A stretch of DNA of 32,000 nucleotides from contig NZ_CP021983.2 of the NCBI RefSeq assembly GCF_002075285.3, positions 930,001-962,000 of the forward strand. Direction: 5' to 3'. A program made the translations under genes and the position numbers. Positions 10,443 through 21,102 of the stretch are shown one piece after another. The number at the start of each line of letters is the position of its first letter. Position 1 is the stretch's first letter. Source of the DNA: Halomicronema hongdechloris C2206 (GTDB taxonomy: Bacteria; Cyanobacteriota; Cyanobacteriia; Phormidesmidales; Phormidesmidaceae). Under the pieces are notes generated by a model. It was not told the DNA's origin. It did no database searches and was given only the letters and a program-made list of their open reading frames with translations.

Positions 10443-10847
10443 CTACTCTTGCTCTGGGGACAACTCCTCTCGATTGGAAGTCAGACACTCGGTTCCGGGT
10501 TCCGAGCTGAGCGTTAAGGAGAAGGCATTACCGCAGCCACAGGTCTGGACAGCCTGAGGGTTGATAAATCGGAAGCCTCCTCCCATCAGGTCTTCGGTGT
10601 AGTCAATGGTTAGTTCCTCTAGTCGAGGCCGATCAGTGGCAGAGATGACGATGCGAAACTCCCCATGATCCTGAAAGATGTCATCAGTTGATGGCGCTGA
10701 AAGTCGAGGATTATCTAGCCCTAGGCAGTAAGTCCACTCGCCACATCCCCCGCTTTGAAGGCTCAGGCGAATAATGGGGGGAATGTTGGGTTGCTTCATC
10801 TGCAAGCGCTTTAGCTCTCGCAGGGCTGCCGGAGTTAAGTGGATCAT
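10443..10847 (-). CDS. HesB/IscA-family iron-sulfur cluster insertion protein
   Basis: The N-terminus is MIHLTPAALRELKRL. It has the SGGCGEW Cys and a C-terminal CGCGNAFS motif. It also carries about 25 aa of unusual C-terminal extension. Confidence 0.8.
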   Translation of the reverse strand: MIHLTPAALRELKRLQMKQPNIPPIIRLSLQSGGCGEWTYCLGLDNPRLSAPSTDDIFQDHGEFRIVISATDRPRLEELTIDYTEDLMGGGFRFINPQAVQTCGCGNAFSLTLSSEPGTECLTSNREELSPEQE

Positions 10848-10869
10848 AGTGGCAGAATTGAGTCACCTA

Positions 10870-10904
10870 CACATAGCAGACATACACATCACATAGCAGA
10901 CATA
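10870..10904. repeat. Direct repeat CACATAGCAGACATA x2 with a 20-bp period
   Basis: The copies are at 10870-10884 and 10890-10904, read directly from the sequence. They lie 23-57 bp upstream of the IscA-like start codon. Confidence 0.8.
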
Positions 10905-10957
10905 GGCCACTCATACAGTTTAAGGAGTTTTCCGGTATGTATGGAATGTAGATGACA

Positions 10958-10994
10958 TAAAAAATCAGGAGGCTGTGCAAGTAAACCTCCTGAT
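10958..10994 (-). terminator. Rho-independent terminator downstream of the cupin gene
   Basis: A perfect 9-bp stem, ATCAGGAGG (10964-10972) with CCTCCTGAT (10986-10994), encloses a 13-nt loop. On the minus strand it is followed by TTTTTT (the A-run at 10959-10964). Confidence 0.7.
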
Positions 10995-11042
10995 GCAGGA
11001 TGCTATGGGAGAGTGTGATTCGAATTCGAACTGGAGGTGGAC

Positions 11043-11462
11043 CTAGTTTTTTACCCGGGCATAGTCGTCATGGAAGCGGACGATATCGTCTTCACCGAGA
11101 TATTCACCGTTTTGGACTTCGATCAGCACTAGGGGAATGACACCAGCATTTTCTAGGCGGTGGGCTGTGCAGGGCGGAACATAGGTGGATTGGTTAGTGC
11201 ACAGTAAAATTTCTTGCTCACCACAGGTGACTTTGGCCGTGCCGGATACTACGATCCAGTGCTCACTCCGGTGATGATGCATCTGCAGGCTGAGTCTGTG
11301 GCCTGGTTTCACTTCAATACGCTTAATCTTGTAGCCTTGAGCCTCTTCTAGGATGGTGAAGGAACCCCAAGGTCGCAACTCAGTTGCCGCGATACCTTTG
11401 GCCCCATTGGCAGCGGGTACCGGTAAGGTCGTAGTTTGTAGGCTTTCTTCGGTCTTAGGCAC
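11043..11462 (-). CDS. Cupin protein, mannose-6-phosphate isomerase type II C-terminal-domain type
   Basis: RPWGSFTILEEAQGYKIKRIEVKPGHRLSLQMHHHRSEHWIVVSGTAKV is the characteristic type II PMI cupin signature. No nucleotidyltransferase domain is attached. Confidence 0.8.
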   Translation of the reverse strand: MPKTEESLQTTTLPVPAANGAKGIAATELRPWGSFTILEEAQGYKIKRIEVKPGHRLSLQMHHHRSEHWIVVSGTAKVTCGEQEILLCTNQSTYVPPCTAHRLENAGVIPLVLIEVQNGEYLGEDDIVRFHDDYARVKN

Positions 11463-11737
11463 GATGGACGTCCTCCAAATCTATTCGTCTCAGTAGGTCT
11501 CGATAGCTGTAGGCCATGACCCTAACCCTAGGATTTAGGGTTCCTTGGTTGAGGGCCAAGTCAAGGATGGTGATGGGTGAAAAAAGAAGAGAGATCTGGG
11601 CTAACTATAACAACCTCACTTTGGGGACGATGGCCTCAAACCCTAGTGACCGGAAGATCTATATCGATTCTTTATCAGTGATTTCTCCCCTTCAAATCAA
11701 GTTCATTAATGAAATGCTTTAGGTTCTGATTGTCCAG

Positions 11738-13600
11738 TCAAGGCCTGATAAATATGCCAATGCCATTGTGAACTCGAGCGGCGGTGCGGGGATTGCGGTT
11801 GAGTAAGGATCCCCCTAGGTAGAGGCTGGAGGAGCTGCCACCGTCTAGGTTAAGGGCCTGGACACACCCCAATTGCTGCATTAAGTGAGCAAGCTCGCTG
11901 AGGGTGAGGCCGCGACCGCCGGGGCTGTTGTGGGCGGCAACAAACACCCATTCGCCAGTGGCTCGTTGCCCTAGGGCGCTGCGGGGAGCTGCTTGGGTGG
12001 CAAAGGCTTGGCTAAAGCCTTCAGCGGTGGTATCTAAAACAATGCGGCCCCCTTTGAGTAAGAGGGGACCGCCCCCTATGGCATGGGGATAATCGCCAAA
12101 GGCAGCTGGTCGAGGCTGGGAGGTCAGTTGTACGGAGGTACCTGGGGAAAGTGCGATCGCAGCATCTCGATAGGCCCGTACAGCGAGTAAATAGCCTTGG
12201 GACGGAATCGCTACTGCCGTACTACCAGCGGTCCCGGCGGCAACCTGGTTTAAGACCCTACCATCGCTAACTGTCACCAGCACCTCATTATCGATAATGG
12301 GACTGTAGGTTGTCCCCCAAGCCGATGTATATAGGCCGATGCCAGCCTGGACATAGCCACTGTTGATCGCTTGGATGGGGAAGCGCTGTCCCCCGGCCAG
12401 GGTGATAGATTGCTGCAAAGCCAGGCGATCGAGGAGTAGGTTGCCCGTTTCATCCCAAGCGGCGACTCCCCGGTCAAGAATGGGACCAGAAATCCACTGT
12501 CCATCTCGACGGATAGCCCCTAGGGGCAGACGATTATTCCGATTGAAGTAACCGCCGTTAATGGCCGCAGCTGTTTGCCAGCGGCGAGCCGTGGTCACTA
12601 AGGGAGCAATGCCTGTAGCCGTGGTGGGATCTGTCCAGATCGGGCGCACGGCAATATTGGCCTGGCGGGGATCGACGATCAGGCTGTAAACCGGAAATGA
12701 GCGATCCCCCAGCGCCACATATCGCTGCTGCCATCGCAAGCCGGGGGCCCAGACAATATCTTTGGTGACTAAGGTATCTTGACGCACATCAATGATTAAG
12801 CGCGGCGGGTCAGGTAAGGTCCAGACTCGAGGACGGGCTGATTCATCCATGCGAACGTGCAGCTGAGTTTGTGATGGCCCCGGCCGTAGGGTTACTGATG
12901 AGATCAGGTTTCCCTCGATAGTCAAGGGCTGTTTCGAACGATCTTGGGGAGGGGCGGCAGCCTGCACAGTAACAGTGACAGCGCCTAGGTCTTCCGCCAC
13001 TTGCCAAGTAGTGGCACGGTCTAAATCGAGGACGATGCGATCGCCCCAGGATTGTCGGCCTCGACGTAGAGCCTGTATCGCAGCGGTGGGGGTATGGAGG
13101 GAGAGCACCCCTCCCCGAATATCCCAGGACCAGTCTGCCTGATTGGCCAGGGGCGACAGGTCCAAGTAACGGTCTCCAGCATCATGCCAGGCCGTCAGAG
13201 GTAAGGGCTGGACCTCAGGATTGGAAAACCACTGCACCGGTTGTCGATCGGCCCTAGTGGTGTTTAGGAATTCCACGCCGATGTCGATTAGAGCCGTGTC
13301 ACTCACCCCCAGATGCCCGGATCGTTGCTGCCAAGATCCCCTGATTGGAGTGCCATTGAGGATGATGCGGTTTCCTGCTGCGGCGTGATCCTCTGGCTTG
13401 ATTTGGGAGGGGACCTGGCCCACTAAGGCGGTAGCTCCTGCAGCGTTACCCCAAGCGGGAGGTTGATAGGCTGGGGCTGATATTGGCAGCCAGATAGACA
13501 GACCCAGGCCAACGGCGATCCACGTTATCCACCTATATCGCTGGTCATACCTCTGGCGGTGTTTGCGACCCTTAACCATAGTTTTCCTGGGCAATGTCAT
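11738..13600 (-). CDS. Phosphodiester glycosidase (DUF2233) family protein with an N-terminal membrane anchor and an AMIN-like domain
   Basis: The transmembrane segment is WITWIAVGLGLSIWLPI. The AMIN-like segment is RVWTLPDPPRLIIDV. C-terminal motifs AAINGGYF, GEWVFVAA and NLDGGSSSSLY match the C-terminus of the ORF at 316..2163. Confidence 0.7.
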   Translation of the reverse strand: MTLPRKTMVKGRKHRQRYDQRYRWITWIAVGLGLSIWLPISAPAYQPPAWGNAAGATALVGQVPSQIKPEDHAAAGNRIILNGTPIRGSWQQRSGHLGVSDTALIDIGVEFLNTTRADRQPVQWFSNPEVQPLPLTAWHDAGDRYLDLSPLANQADWSWDIRGGVLSLHTPTAAIQALRRGRQSWGDRIVLDLDRATTWQVAEDLGAVTVTVQAAAPPQDRSKQPLTIEGNLISSVTLRPGPSQTQLHVRMDESARPRVWTLPDPPRLIIDVRQDTLVTKDIVWAPGLRWQQRYVALGDRSFPVYSLIVDPRQANIAVRPIWTDPTTATGIAPLVTTARRWQTAAAINGGYFNRNNRLPLGAIRRDGQWISGPILDRGVAAWDETGNLLLDRLALQQSITLAGGQRFPIQAINSGYVQAGIGLYTSAWGTTYSPIIDNEVLVTVSDGRVLNQVAAGTAGSTAVAIPSQGYLLAVRAYRDAAIALSPGTSVQLTSQPRPAAFGDYPHAIGGGPLLLKGGRIVLDTTAEGFSQAFATQAAPRSALGQRATGEWVFVAAHNSPGGRGLTLSELAHLMQQLGCVQALNLDGGSSSSLYLGGSLLNRNPRTAARVHNGIGIFIRP

Positions 13601-14145
13601 AGCAGCCCCCTCCCTAATCCCGGAATCGGCACTCCATAATATATATCTAGATACCGACTCCCTTGACTAAGTTGCCGGGATCATGCCAGAGATGAAGTTG
13701 ACGCTACAGTAATCGGTTCCGACTCCACTGGTATAATTAGCGATCCAGTCAGGGCCTGAGGTTACTGGGGGTTTGACTTAGAGAGTAGTTAGGGAACTGT
13801 GAGAATCACCCAGATCACTCATTCAGTCATCTCTACAACCTGAGTTAGGCACTCCAGGCTGAGGCAAGCGCATAAGCTGTCTAAGGGGGCTCAGAAACCC
13901 ATGCCTTTATGGGGCCTGATTAGAGTGACGCGTCAGGATGCCTTCTGATGTACGCTCTATTCGTCCATATCTATCTATTGTTGATAGAGTTGCCTTAGGC
14001 TTCCTCGAGACTCCAGCTAGCGGATCTCTGAGGATTTGGAATTGAGGAGCATGCCTATGCTGGCACTGTCTGCGCTGAGCAAGGGCCCCCCTGCCAGCTA
14101 TGTGATATCGATTATTGATTAACCCGTTGTTACATTGGCCGTCCC

Positions 14146-17100
14146 ATGGGGAAAACGCGCGTGAATCACAGTCAGTCAATCTACCCGGTTACCGCTCAAT
14201 CTGCCTGGGGGCCGAAATGGCTCGTAGAGGAGCGAGATGCCTGTGGTGTCGGCTTTATTGCCGATCAGCATGGGCGCACCAGCCATGCCCTGGTACAGAA
14301 AGCCTTGACGGCTCTCAGCTGCATGGAACATCGGGGGGGGTGTTGTGCTGACAAGGATTCTGGTGATGGAGCCGGGGTGATGACGGCAATACCCTGGGCT
14401 CTGCTGCAACAGTGGGCCGAGGCGCAGGGATTGGCTGCCCTAGATCCTAGGCGGACGGGGGTGGCCATGGCCTTTTTGCCTCGGTCAGAGGTGGGCGCAG
14501 AGCGAGTTCGCCAGGAGTTTACGCGAGGTGTAGCTGAGGCCGGCTTGGATGTCTTGGGTTGGCGGCAGGTGCCGGTCAATCCGGATGTCCTAGGTCCGCT
14601 CGCTCGACAGCATCAACCTCGCATTGAGCAACTGGTGGTGCAATCTCCCAGCGTTACCGGAGATGACCTGGAACGGGAGCTATACTTGGCCCGACGCCAT
14701 GTCTTTCATGCCGTGGATGCATTGTTAGCGCAGGCGGTGGATTTAGAGCCGGTGATTGCTCAAGGACTGCGGGATTTTTATGTCTGTTCCTTTTCCTGCC
14801 GCACCCTTGTCTACAAGGGTATGGTGCGGTCGGCGGTGTTGGCGGCCTTCTATGATGACCTACGCAATCCTGACTTCGTCAGTCCTTTTGCGGTGTATCA
14901 CCGTCGCTTCAGTACCAATACCATGCCCAAGTGGCCTCTGGCTCACCCCATGCGATTGCTAGGCCACAACGGTGAAATTAATACTCTGGTTGGTAATATC
15001 AACTGGATGATGGCTCGCCAGGCAGATTTGGCCCATCCCGTCTGGGGTGATCGCATTGATGCGATTAAGCCTATCGTCAATCTAGACAATAGCGACTCGG
15101 CCAATCTAGACAACGTCATGGAGCTCCTGGTGCGCTCGGGTCGAACGCCGCAGGAAGCCCTGATGATCTTGGTGCCAGAAGCCTACGACAATCAGCCAGA
15201 TCTGGCCCAATATCCTGAAATCGTAGATTTCTACGAATATTACAGTGGTTTGCAAGAGCCTTGGGATGGTCCAGCCCTGGTGGTTTTTAGTGATGGCAAG
15301 CAGGTGGGGGCCACCCTCGATCGCAACGGATTGCGTCCGGCTCGCTATGTGGTCACCCGCGATGGCCATCTGATTGTGTCGTCTGAGGCTGGCGTTGTCG
15401 ATGTCCCCGCAGCGGAGATCACCGAGAAAGGGCGCTTGGGACCTGGCCAAATGATCGCCGTCGATCTGGACCGCCATGAAATCCTGAAAAACTGGACCAT
15501 CAAGCGACGGATTGCGGCCAGTCAACCCTATGGTCAGTGGCTGCAGCAAAATCGACAGACAATACAGCCCCAACTGTTCTTGGACGCCCAGGAGCTCCCG
15601 GCAGATCAGTTGCTGCGTCAGCAGACGGCCTTTGGCTACACCGCTGAAGACCTGGATATGATCATTCAGGACATGGCAGCCCAGGGGAAGGAACCCACTT
15701 ATTGCATGGGTGATGATATTCCTCTGGCCGTGCTCTCAGAGAAGCCTCATCTGCTCTACAACTATTTCAAGCAACGCTTTGCCCAGGTGACGAATCCGGC
15801 TATCGATCCGCTGCGGGAACGGCTGGTGATGTCCCTGACCACCCAGTTTGGGGAACGGGGCAATCTGCTAGATGAGCGGGCTGACTATGCGCGGCTGTTG
15901 AAGCTGGCCACTCCGGTGCTGAATGAGAATGAGCCTGCAGGGGGATTACTGAGTCTGGCTTTGAGGTGGCGACGCTCTCTACCCTGTACCGCCTGGATCA
16001 GGGGGCCTGGCGGCCTACAGACGGCAGTAGAAGCATTGTGTGAACAGGCGGCAGCGACCGTCAGAAACGGCAAGACAATTCTGGTGCTGTGCGATCGCAT
16101 TGATACCAGTGGCCAAGCTGCTAGCCTCACGGCTCAACAGACCTACATCCCCCCTCTCCTGGCAGTGGGGGCGGTGCACCACCATCTGATTCGCACCGGG
16201 CTGCGCATGAAAGCCTCCCTGGTGGTCGATACGGCCCAATGCTGGAGTACTCACCACTTTGCCTGCTTGCTCGGCTATGGAGCCAGTGCCATCTGTCCTT
16301 ATCTGGCCCTGGAATCGGTGCGCCATTGGTGGGCCGATGCTAAGACCCAGAAGTTAATGGAAACGGGTAAGTTACCGCAGCTCACCCGCAACGGTGCCCA
16401 GGACAACTATCGCAAAGCGGTAGAAGCAGGGTTGTTGAAGATCCTCTCGAAGATGGGCATCTCCCTGTTATCTAGTTACCAGGGAGCCCAGATTTTCGAG
16501 GCCATCGGCATCGGCCCCGATCTATTGGAGCTGGCCTTCTGCGGCACCGTCTCTCGCCTGGGGGGCATTAGCCTAGTGGATCTGGCCCAGGAAACCATTC
16601 GCTTTCATCAGAAGGCCTTCCCAGAACTCACCGGCAAACGGTTAGAAAACATGGGGTTTATCCAGGCGCGGCCCAAGGGCGAGTACCACATGAACAACCC
16701 GGCCATGACCAAGCTGCTGCACAAGGCCATTCAAGATCGACAGTACGACCACTACGAGCTGTATCGGGCTCAATTGACCAGCCGTCCGGCTACGGCCCTG
16801 CGAGATTTGTTGGAGTTTGATGCCGATCGGCCCGCCGTGCCCCTGGAGGAAGTGGAGCCGGTGGAAACCATCATGCAGCGATTCTGCACGGGGGGCATGT
16901 CCTTGGGGGCCCTGTCGCGGGAGGCCCATGAGGTGCTGGCTGTGGCCATGAACCGCATCGGCGGCAAGTCCAACTCTGGGGAAGGGGGCGAAGATCCGGT
17001 CCGGTTTAAGGTGCTCTCGGATGTCGATGCCGACGGTAACTCGCCCACCTTTCCCCATCTGCGGGGGCTGCAGAATGGTGACACCGCCAGTTCTGCCATC

Positions 17101-18834
17101 AAGCAGGTGGCCTCCGGGCGCTTCGGCGTCACCCCAGAGTACTTAATGCACGCCCGGCAGATTGAGATCAAGATTGCCCAGGGGGCGAAACCAGGGGAAG
17201 GTGGTCAGTTGCCAGGACGCAAAGTCAGCCCCTACATCGCCATGCTACGGCGCTCGAAGCCAGGGGTGCCGTTGATTTCACCGCCGCCCCACCACGATAT
17301 CTATTCCATCGAAGATCTGGCCCAGCTGATTTTCGATCTGCACCAGATCAATCCCGACGCCGGGGTGTCGGTGAAGCTGGTGGCTGAAATTGGCATCGGC
17401 ACCGTCGCCGCTGGGGTGGCGAAGGCCAATGCCGATGTGATCCAGGTATCTGGCCACGATGGCGGTACCGGGGCTTCTCCCCTGAGTTCTATCAAGCATG
17501 CCGGGGTGTCCTGGGAATTGGGCTTAACCGAAGTCCACAAGGTCCTGATGGACAACCAGCTGCGGGATCGGGTCATCCTCAGGGTAGATGGCGGTCTGAA
17601 GACTGGCTGGGATGTGATCATGGCGGCGTTGATGGGGGCGGAGGAATTCGGCTTCGGCTCCATCGCCATGATCGCCGAAGGCTGCATCATGGCCCGCATT
17701 TGCCACACCAATAACTGCCCGGTTGGGGTAGCAACCCAAAAAGAGGAGCTGCGGCAGCGCTTTACCGGGGTGCCGCAGCAGGTGGTCAATTTCTTCTACT
17801 TCGTGGCCACCGAGGTGCGATCGCTACTGGCCCGGTTGGGGTATCGCTCCCTCAGCGAGATTACGGGGCGCAGTGATCTGTTGAAATCCCGCCAGGATCT
17901 GCAGCTGACCAAGACCGACAGCCTGAATCTGTCGACTCTGCTGGATCTCCCCGATGTGCGCCAAGATCGCAGCTGGCTGAGCCACGAACGGGTCCACAGC
18001 AATGGTCCCGTGTTGGATGATCAGCTACTGAGAGACCCTGAAATTCGTCGCGCCATTGACCATCAAGGCAGTGTCACCAAGACCATACCGCTGGTAAATA
18101 CAGACCGAACCGTGGGGGCGCGCTTAGCGGGTGTCATCGCCAAGCAATATGGCAACGCTGGCTTTGAAGGACAGCTTAACCTCACCTTTGCAGGCAGTGC
18201 TGGCCAGAGTTTTGGGGCCTTCAATTTACCAGGGATGAGCCTGACCTTGATGGGCGAGGCCAATGACTATGTGGGTAAGGGCATGCATGGGGGAGAGCTG
18301 ATTATCAAGCCGCCTGCCACCATCACCTATGACCCCTCTGAGAATGTCATCATCGGCAACACCTGCCTCTATGGTGCCACTGGCGGCACCCTCTATGCCT
18401 TAGGCATTGCTGGCGAGCGCTTTGCAGTTCGCAACTCTAAGGGACAAGCGGTGATTGAGGGGGCCGGCGATCACTGCTGTGAATATATGACCGGCGGTAC
18501 CGTGGTGGTGCTGGGCCGGGTGGGTCGCAACGTCGGGGCTGGCATGACCGGTGGCATTGCCTATTTCCTAGATGAAGATGGCAGTTTTCCGACTAAGGTC
18601 AACCCAGAGATTGTTAAGGTGCAACGGGTTTTGACCCGAGCTGGGGAAGACCAGCTTAAGGCCTTGATTGCAGCCCATGCCCAGCGAACGGGTAGCCAGA
18701 AGGCGGCCCGGATTCTAGCCGATTGGTCGACGTCCTTGCCTCAGTTCTGGCAAGTGGTGCCGCCGTCGGAGGCAGAGACCCCGGTTGCCAATTCAGAAGT
18801 GACCGATGCCAAGGTCCTCAGTTCGGTGCAGTAG
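14146..18834 (+). CDS. gltS: Ferredoxin-dependent glutamate synthase (single large polypeptide). A 21-codon stretch appears to be read out of frame; see findings.
   Basis: The N-terminal amidotransferase nucleophile context is [11 protein letters not shown]. The FMN/Fe-S domain has [33 protein letters not shown] and [18 protein letters not shown]. The C-terminal domain has [11 protein letters not shown]. The size of 1562 aa and the absence of an adjacent small-subunit gene fit the Fd type. Confidence 0.95.
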   Translation: MGKTRVNHSQSIYPVTAQSAWGPKWLVEERDACGVGFIADQHGRTSHALVQKALTALSCMEHRGGCCADKDSGDGAGVMTAIPWALLQQWAEAQGLAALDPRRTGVAMAFLPRSEVGAERVRQEFTRGVAEAGLDVLGWRQVPVNPDVLGPLARQHQPRIEQLVVQSPSVTGDDLERELYLARRHVFHAVDALLAQAVDLEPVIAQGLRDFYVCSFSCRTLVYKGMVRSAVLAAFYDDLRNPDFVSPFAVYHRRFSTNTMPKWPLAHPMRLLGHNGEINTLVGNINWMMARQADLAHPVWGDRIDAIKPIVNLDNSDSANLDNVMELLVRSGRTPQEALMILVPEAYDNQPDLAQYPEIVDFYEYYSGLQEPWDGPALVVFSDGKQVGATLDRNGLRPARYVVTRDGHLIVSSEAGVVDVPAAEITEKGRLGPGQMIAVDLDRHEILKNWTIKRRIAASQPYGQWLQQNRQTIQPQLFLDAQELPADQLLRQQTAFGYTAEDLDMIIQDMAAQGKEPTYCMGDDIPLAVLSEKPHLLYNYFKQRFAQVTNPAIDPLRERLVMSLTTQFGERGNLLDERADYARLLKLATPVLNENEPAGGLLSLALRWRRSLPCTAWIRGPGGLQTAVEALCEQAAATVRNGKTILVLCDRIDTSGQAASLTAQQTYIPPLLAVGAVHHHLIRTGLRMKASLVVDTAQCWSTHHFACLLGYGASAICPYLALESVRHWWADAKTQKLMETGKLPQLTRNGAQDNYRKAVEAGLLKILSKMGISLLSSYQGAQIFEAIGIGPDLLELAFCGTVSRLGGISLVDLAQETIRFHQKAFPELTGKRLENMGFIQARPKGEYHMNNPAMTKLLHKAIQDRQYDHYELYRAQLTSRPATALRDLLEFDADRPAVPLEEVEPVETIMQRFCTGGMSLGALSREAHEVLAVAMNRIGGKSNSGEGGEDPVRFKVLSDVDADGNSPTFPHLRGLQNGDTASSAIKQVASGRFGVTPEYLMHARQIEIKIAQGAKPGEGGQLPGRKVSPYIAMLRRSKPGVPLISPPPHHDIYSIEDLAQLIFDLHQINPDAGVSVKLVAEIGIGTVAAGVAKANADVIQVSGHDGGTGASPLSSIKHAGVSWELGLTEVHKVLMDNQLRDRVILRVDGGLKTGWDVIMAALMGAEEFGFGSIAMIAEGCIMARICHTNNCPVGVATQKEELRQRFTGVPQQVVNFFYFVATEVRSLLARLGYRSLSEITGRSDLLKSRQDLQLTKTDSLNLSTLLDLPDVRQDRSWLSHERVHSNGPVLDDQLLRDPEIRRAIDHQGSVTKTIPLVNTDRTVGARLAGVIAKQYGNAGFEGQLNLTFAGSAGQSFGAFNLPGMSLTLMGEANDYVGKGMHGGELIIKPPATITYDPSENVIIGNTCLYGATGGTLYALGIAGERFAVRNSKGQAVIEGAGDHCCEYMTGGTVVVLGRVGRNVGAGMTGGIAYFLDEDGSFPTKVNPEIVKVQRVLTRAGEDQLKALIAAHAQRTGSQKAARILADWSTSLPQFWQVVPPSEAETPVANSEVTDAKVLSSVQ

Positions 18835-18847
18835 GGTGAGGCTGCCT

Positions 18848-19375
18848 ATGCGAAAACAGCATCTCATCAATGCTGCCATCTATATCATGGCTACCCTAGG
18901 GGCTAACTACACGGCGGCGTGGTTCATTCCGTTTCCGGTCTTCGGCCAAGTGGCTGTGGGTACCTTTATCTTCGGCATCACCTTTACTCAGCGGGATCGA
19001 TTACATGCCGGCGGACGTGGTTGGGTCTATGGCACTATTGCCTTGGCAGCCCTGGCCAATGTAGCCATGAGCGTCCTGCTAGATGTGCCCATGCGGATCA
19101 TTGCCGCTAGCTTCTTGGCCATCGTGCTGGCAGAGACGGCGGATACGGAGGTCTACCAAAAGCTGCTGCGCTATCCCTGGTTGCTGCGGGTGGCTGGCAG
19201 TAATGCGGTCTCGGTGCCCCTGGATACTCTGCTATTTACTCTGATTGCCTTTGCTGGAGTGCTCTCCACTGGCGAAATAGTCTCGCTGTTGTTTGGAGAA
19301 ACCCTGACCAAGTATGTCATTGGGGCTGTGGTTGCCCTATGGCGGGAGGGGAAGTTAGTGTGGCAGCAATCCTAA
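18848..19375 (+). CDS. VUT-family (DUF165, YhhQ-like) membrane transporter, putative queuosine-precursor transporter
   Basis: It is multi-pass hydrophobic. TFTQRDRLH, ETADTEVYQKL and SNAVSVPLDTLLFTLIAFAG resemble VUT/DUF165 motifs. I chose the ATG at 18848, preceded by GGTGAGG, rather than the track start at 18806 that overlaps gltS. Confidence 0.6.
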   Translation: MRKQHLINAAIYIMATLGANYTAAWFIPFPVFGQVAVGTFIFGITFTQRDRLHAGGRGWVYGTIALAALANVAMSVLLDVPMRIIAASFLAIVLAETADTEVYQKLLRYPWLLRVAGSNAVSVPLDTLLFTLIAFAGVLSTGEIVSLLFGETLTKYVIGAVVALWREGKLVWQQS

Positions 19376-19384
19376 GGAATTTCC

Positions 19385-19987
19385 ATGGCAAGACGTTGGC
19401 TGTGTCTGGGGCTGTTGACCGGGGGGTTATGGCTGCCATCGCGATTATCTCTGGCCCAGGCACCGGCAGAGCCTGACTACCTACGGCCATCGACCCCGTG
19501 TCCCCAGCAGCTTTCTCAGTTGGTGACGGGACTGGTGCGGGACCTGCCCAGCTATGCCAATCGGGTCGCCAGCCGTAGCCTGGAGCGGCAGAATGACTTT
19601 GGCTCGGTGCTGTTGGCAGGTCAACCCGACGTCGAGCCCCTAGATTTGGCCGAGTTTACCCAAGGGCCGTTGTCGCCAGTGGCGGCTGAGCTACAGCAGG
19701 TCTTCTTTACTACCCTGGAGCGTCAGTACCTGCGCGATCGCATCGTGGAGCTGCAGCACTACCATTGGCTCTTTCTCACCCGGGCGGAGAGTGGCTGGTA
19801 TCTGGCCTTTATGTTTTCCAGCCTCCAGGCCCATGATTCCCAAGGGCGTCCTCCTACCCCGCCCCAGGACAGCAGTGATGGCATCATCGCTCAGGCGGTG
19901 AAGCTATGGCTGCGGGATTGTCGGGCTGAGGCGGTGTATCCGGTGGAGTCGGAAGTTGACCCGGTGACGGCAGAGACGTCGCCATAA
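19385..19987 (+). CDS. Hypothetical secreted protein
   Basis: The N-terminal signal-like sequence is [27 protein letters not shown] do not recognise a family. The 3' end overlaps the convergent cofH by 97 bp. Confidence 0.5.
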   Translation: MARRWLCLGLLTGGLWLPSRLSLAQAPAEPDYLRPSTPCPQQLSQLVTGLVRDLPSYANRVASRSLERQNDFGSVLLAGQPDVEPLDLAEFTQGPLSPVAAELQQVFFTTLERQYLRDRIVELQHYHWLFLTRAESGWYLAFMFSSLQAHDSQGRPPTPPQDSSDGIIAQAVKLWLRDCRAEAVYPVESEVDPVTAETSP

Positions 19988-21102
19988 AGGGTATCTCGCT
20001 GGCGATGGGGGCGACCCAACGATGCGATCGCACCCTGCAACTGAGCCACTGTCATACAGGTGCCCCCCTGGGCTCCGGCCATGGAGGTGATGTGCTCTTC
20101 CATCAGGGTGCCGCCGATATCATTACAGCCCCAGGTCAGGGCCTGGGTAGCCCCCGCCAGCCCTAGCTTCACCCAACTAGGCTGATGGTTGGCGATCCAG
20201 TTGCCCAAATAAATGCGAGCCACTGCCGTCAGCAATAGCGCATCGGCTAACACCGGCTGGTCTCGACCGACCCGGTTACGTAGTGGCTTCGGCGCTTCCT
20301 GGCCCACAAAGGGTAGCAAAATAAACTCTGTGATCGAGGCCGCTTTCCCTGCGTCCAGAGCGGCCCGTTGTAATTGCCGTAACTGCTCTAGGTGCCGAAT
20401 CTGCTGAGTAGGCGTCTCAATGTGACCCGAGAGCAGGGTGCTCGTCGTAGGAAGGCCAATCTCATGGGCCAAGCCGACGATCTCGAGCCAGGTGGCCGTA
20501 TTGATTTTTTCTGGACAGAGAATGCGCCGCACCGAATCATCGAGCACCTCTGCCGCTGTGCCCGGTAGGGAGCCGACCCCGGCTTCCTGCAGCGTCTCTA
20601 GCACCTGGCTGTAGCTGATGTCGTCCTGGCGGGCAATAAATTGCACCTCCTGGGGGGAAAATCCATGCAGATGCAATTGGGGAAATTCCGCCTTGATTGT
20701 CCGCGCCAGCTGCAGGTAGTAGGCCAAGGCAGATCCATCGATCTGGGCCTCAGGATTCAGGCCCCCCTGCATACAAATTTCCGTCGCTCCTTGTTGCACG
20801 GCTTCCCTGGTCTTGGCCCAGATGGTTTCCCAGCTTAACCAGTAGGCTCCGCCCTGTCCGGCATCGCGGCGAAAGGCACAGAAATTACAGTGTTGCTCGC
20901 AGATGTTGGTGTAGTTGATATTACGGTTGACCACATAGGTGACGGTATCGCCTGCCTGCCGTCGCCGCAGGACATCAGCCGTGCTGCGAATGGCCGCGAC
21001 CATGGCCGGATCCCGCTGCCGCAATAGGCATTCCCCAGCCGCAGCAGAAATATCGTCCCCTGCGATCGCACTCTGTAAGATCGCCTCAACCATTAGGCCC
21101 AT
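19891..21102 (-). CDS. cofH: Radical SAM enzyme, most likely FO synthase subunit CofH (an MqnC/MqnE-type enzyme cannot be excluded by eye)
   Basis: The radical-SAM cluster motif is [23 protein letters not shown] and [10 protein letters not shown] match the CofH/MqnC-type layout. Confidence 0.65.
   Translation of the reverse strand: MGLMVEAILQSAIAGDDISAAAGECLLRQRDPAMVAAIRSTADVLRRRQAGDTVTYVVNRNINYTNICEQHCNFCAFRRDAGQGGAYWLSWETIWAKTREAVQQGATEICMQGGLNPEAQIDGSALAYYLQLARTIKAEFPQLHLHGFSPQEVQFIARQDDISYSQVLETLQEAGVGSLPGTAAEVLDDSVRRILCPEKINTATWLEIVGLAHEIGLPTTSTLLSGHIETPTQQIRHLEQLRQLQRAALDAGKAASITEFILLPFVGQEAPKPLRNRVGRDQPVLADALLLTAVARIYLGNWIANHQPSWVKLGLAGATQALTWGCNDIGGTLMEEHITSMAGAQGGTCMTVAQLQGAIASLGRPHRQRDTLYGDVSAVTGSTSDSTGYTASARQSRSHSFTA

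Noticed and set aside
11017-11031. GATTCGAATTCGAAC, superficially like a tRNA T-arm (GGTTCGAATCC-type)
   Set aside because: It is just a tandem ATTCGA duplication. No acceptor stem, anticodon arm or D-arm can be built around it. I found no tRNA-like cloverleaf anywhere in the window's intergenic regions.
11516-11722. 68-aa plus-strand ORF between the cupin and DUF2233 genes
   Set aside because: It lies in a spacer flanked by two minus-strand genes. It has no RBS, and the sequence is not protein-like (mixed low complexity).
13907-14179. 90-aa minus-strand ORF upstream of gltS
   Set aside because: It overlaps the gltS start and has no start context or motifs. The region more likely holds the divergent promoters. 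I also looked here for an NtcA box (GTA-N8-TAC) and for glutamine-riboswitch-like sequence and found neither.
14115-18263. Many antisense or alternate-frame ORFs within gltS (e.g. 14265..14579, 15106..15573, 16642..17058, 17301..17789)
   Set aside because: These are high-GC shadow ORFs inside a clearly coding, highly conserved 4.7-kb gene. The translations are Arg/Pro/Ala-rich with no recognisable motifs.
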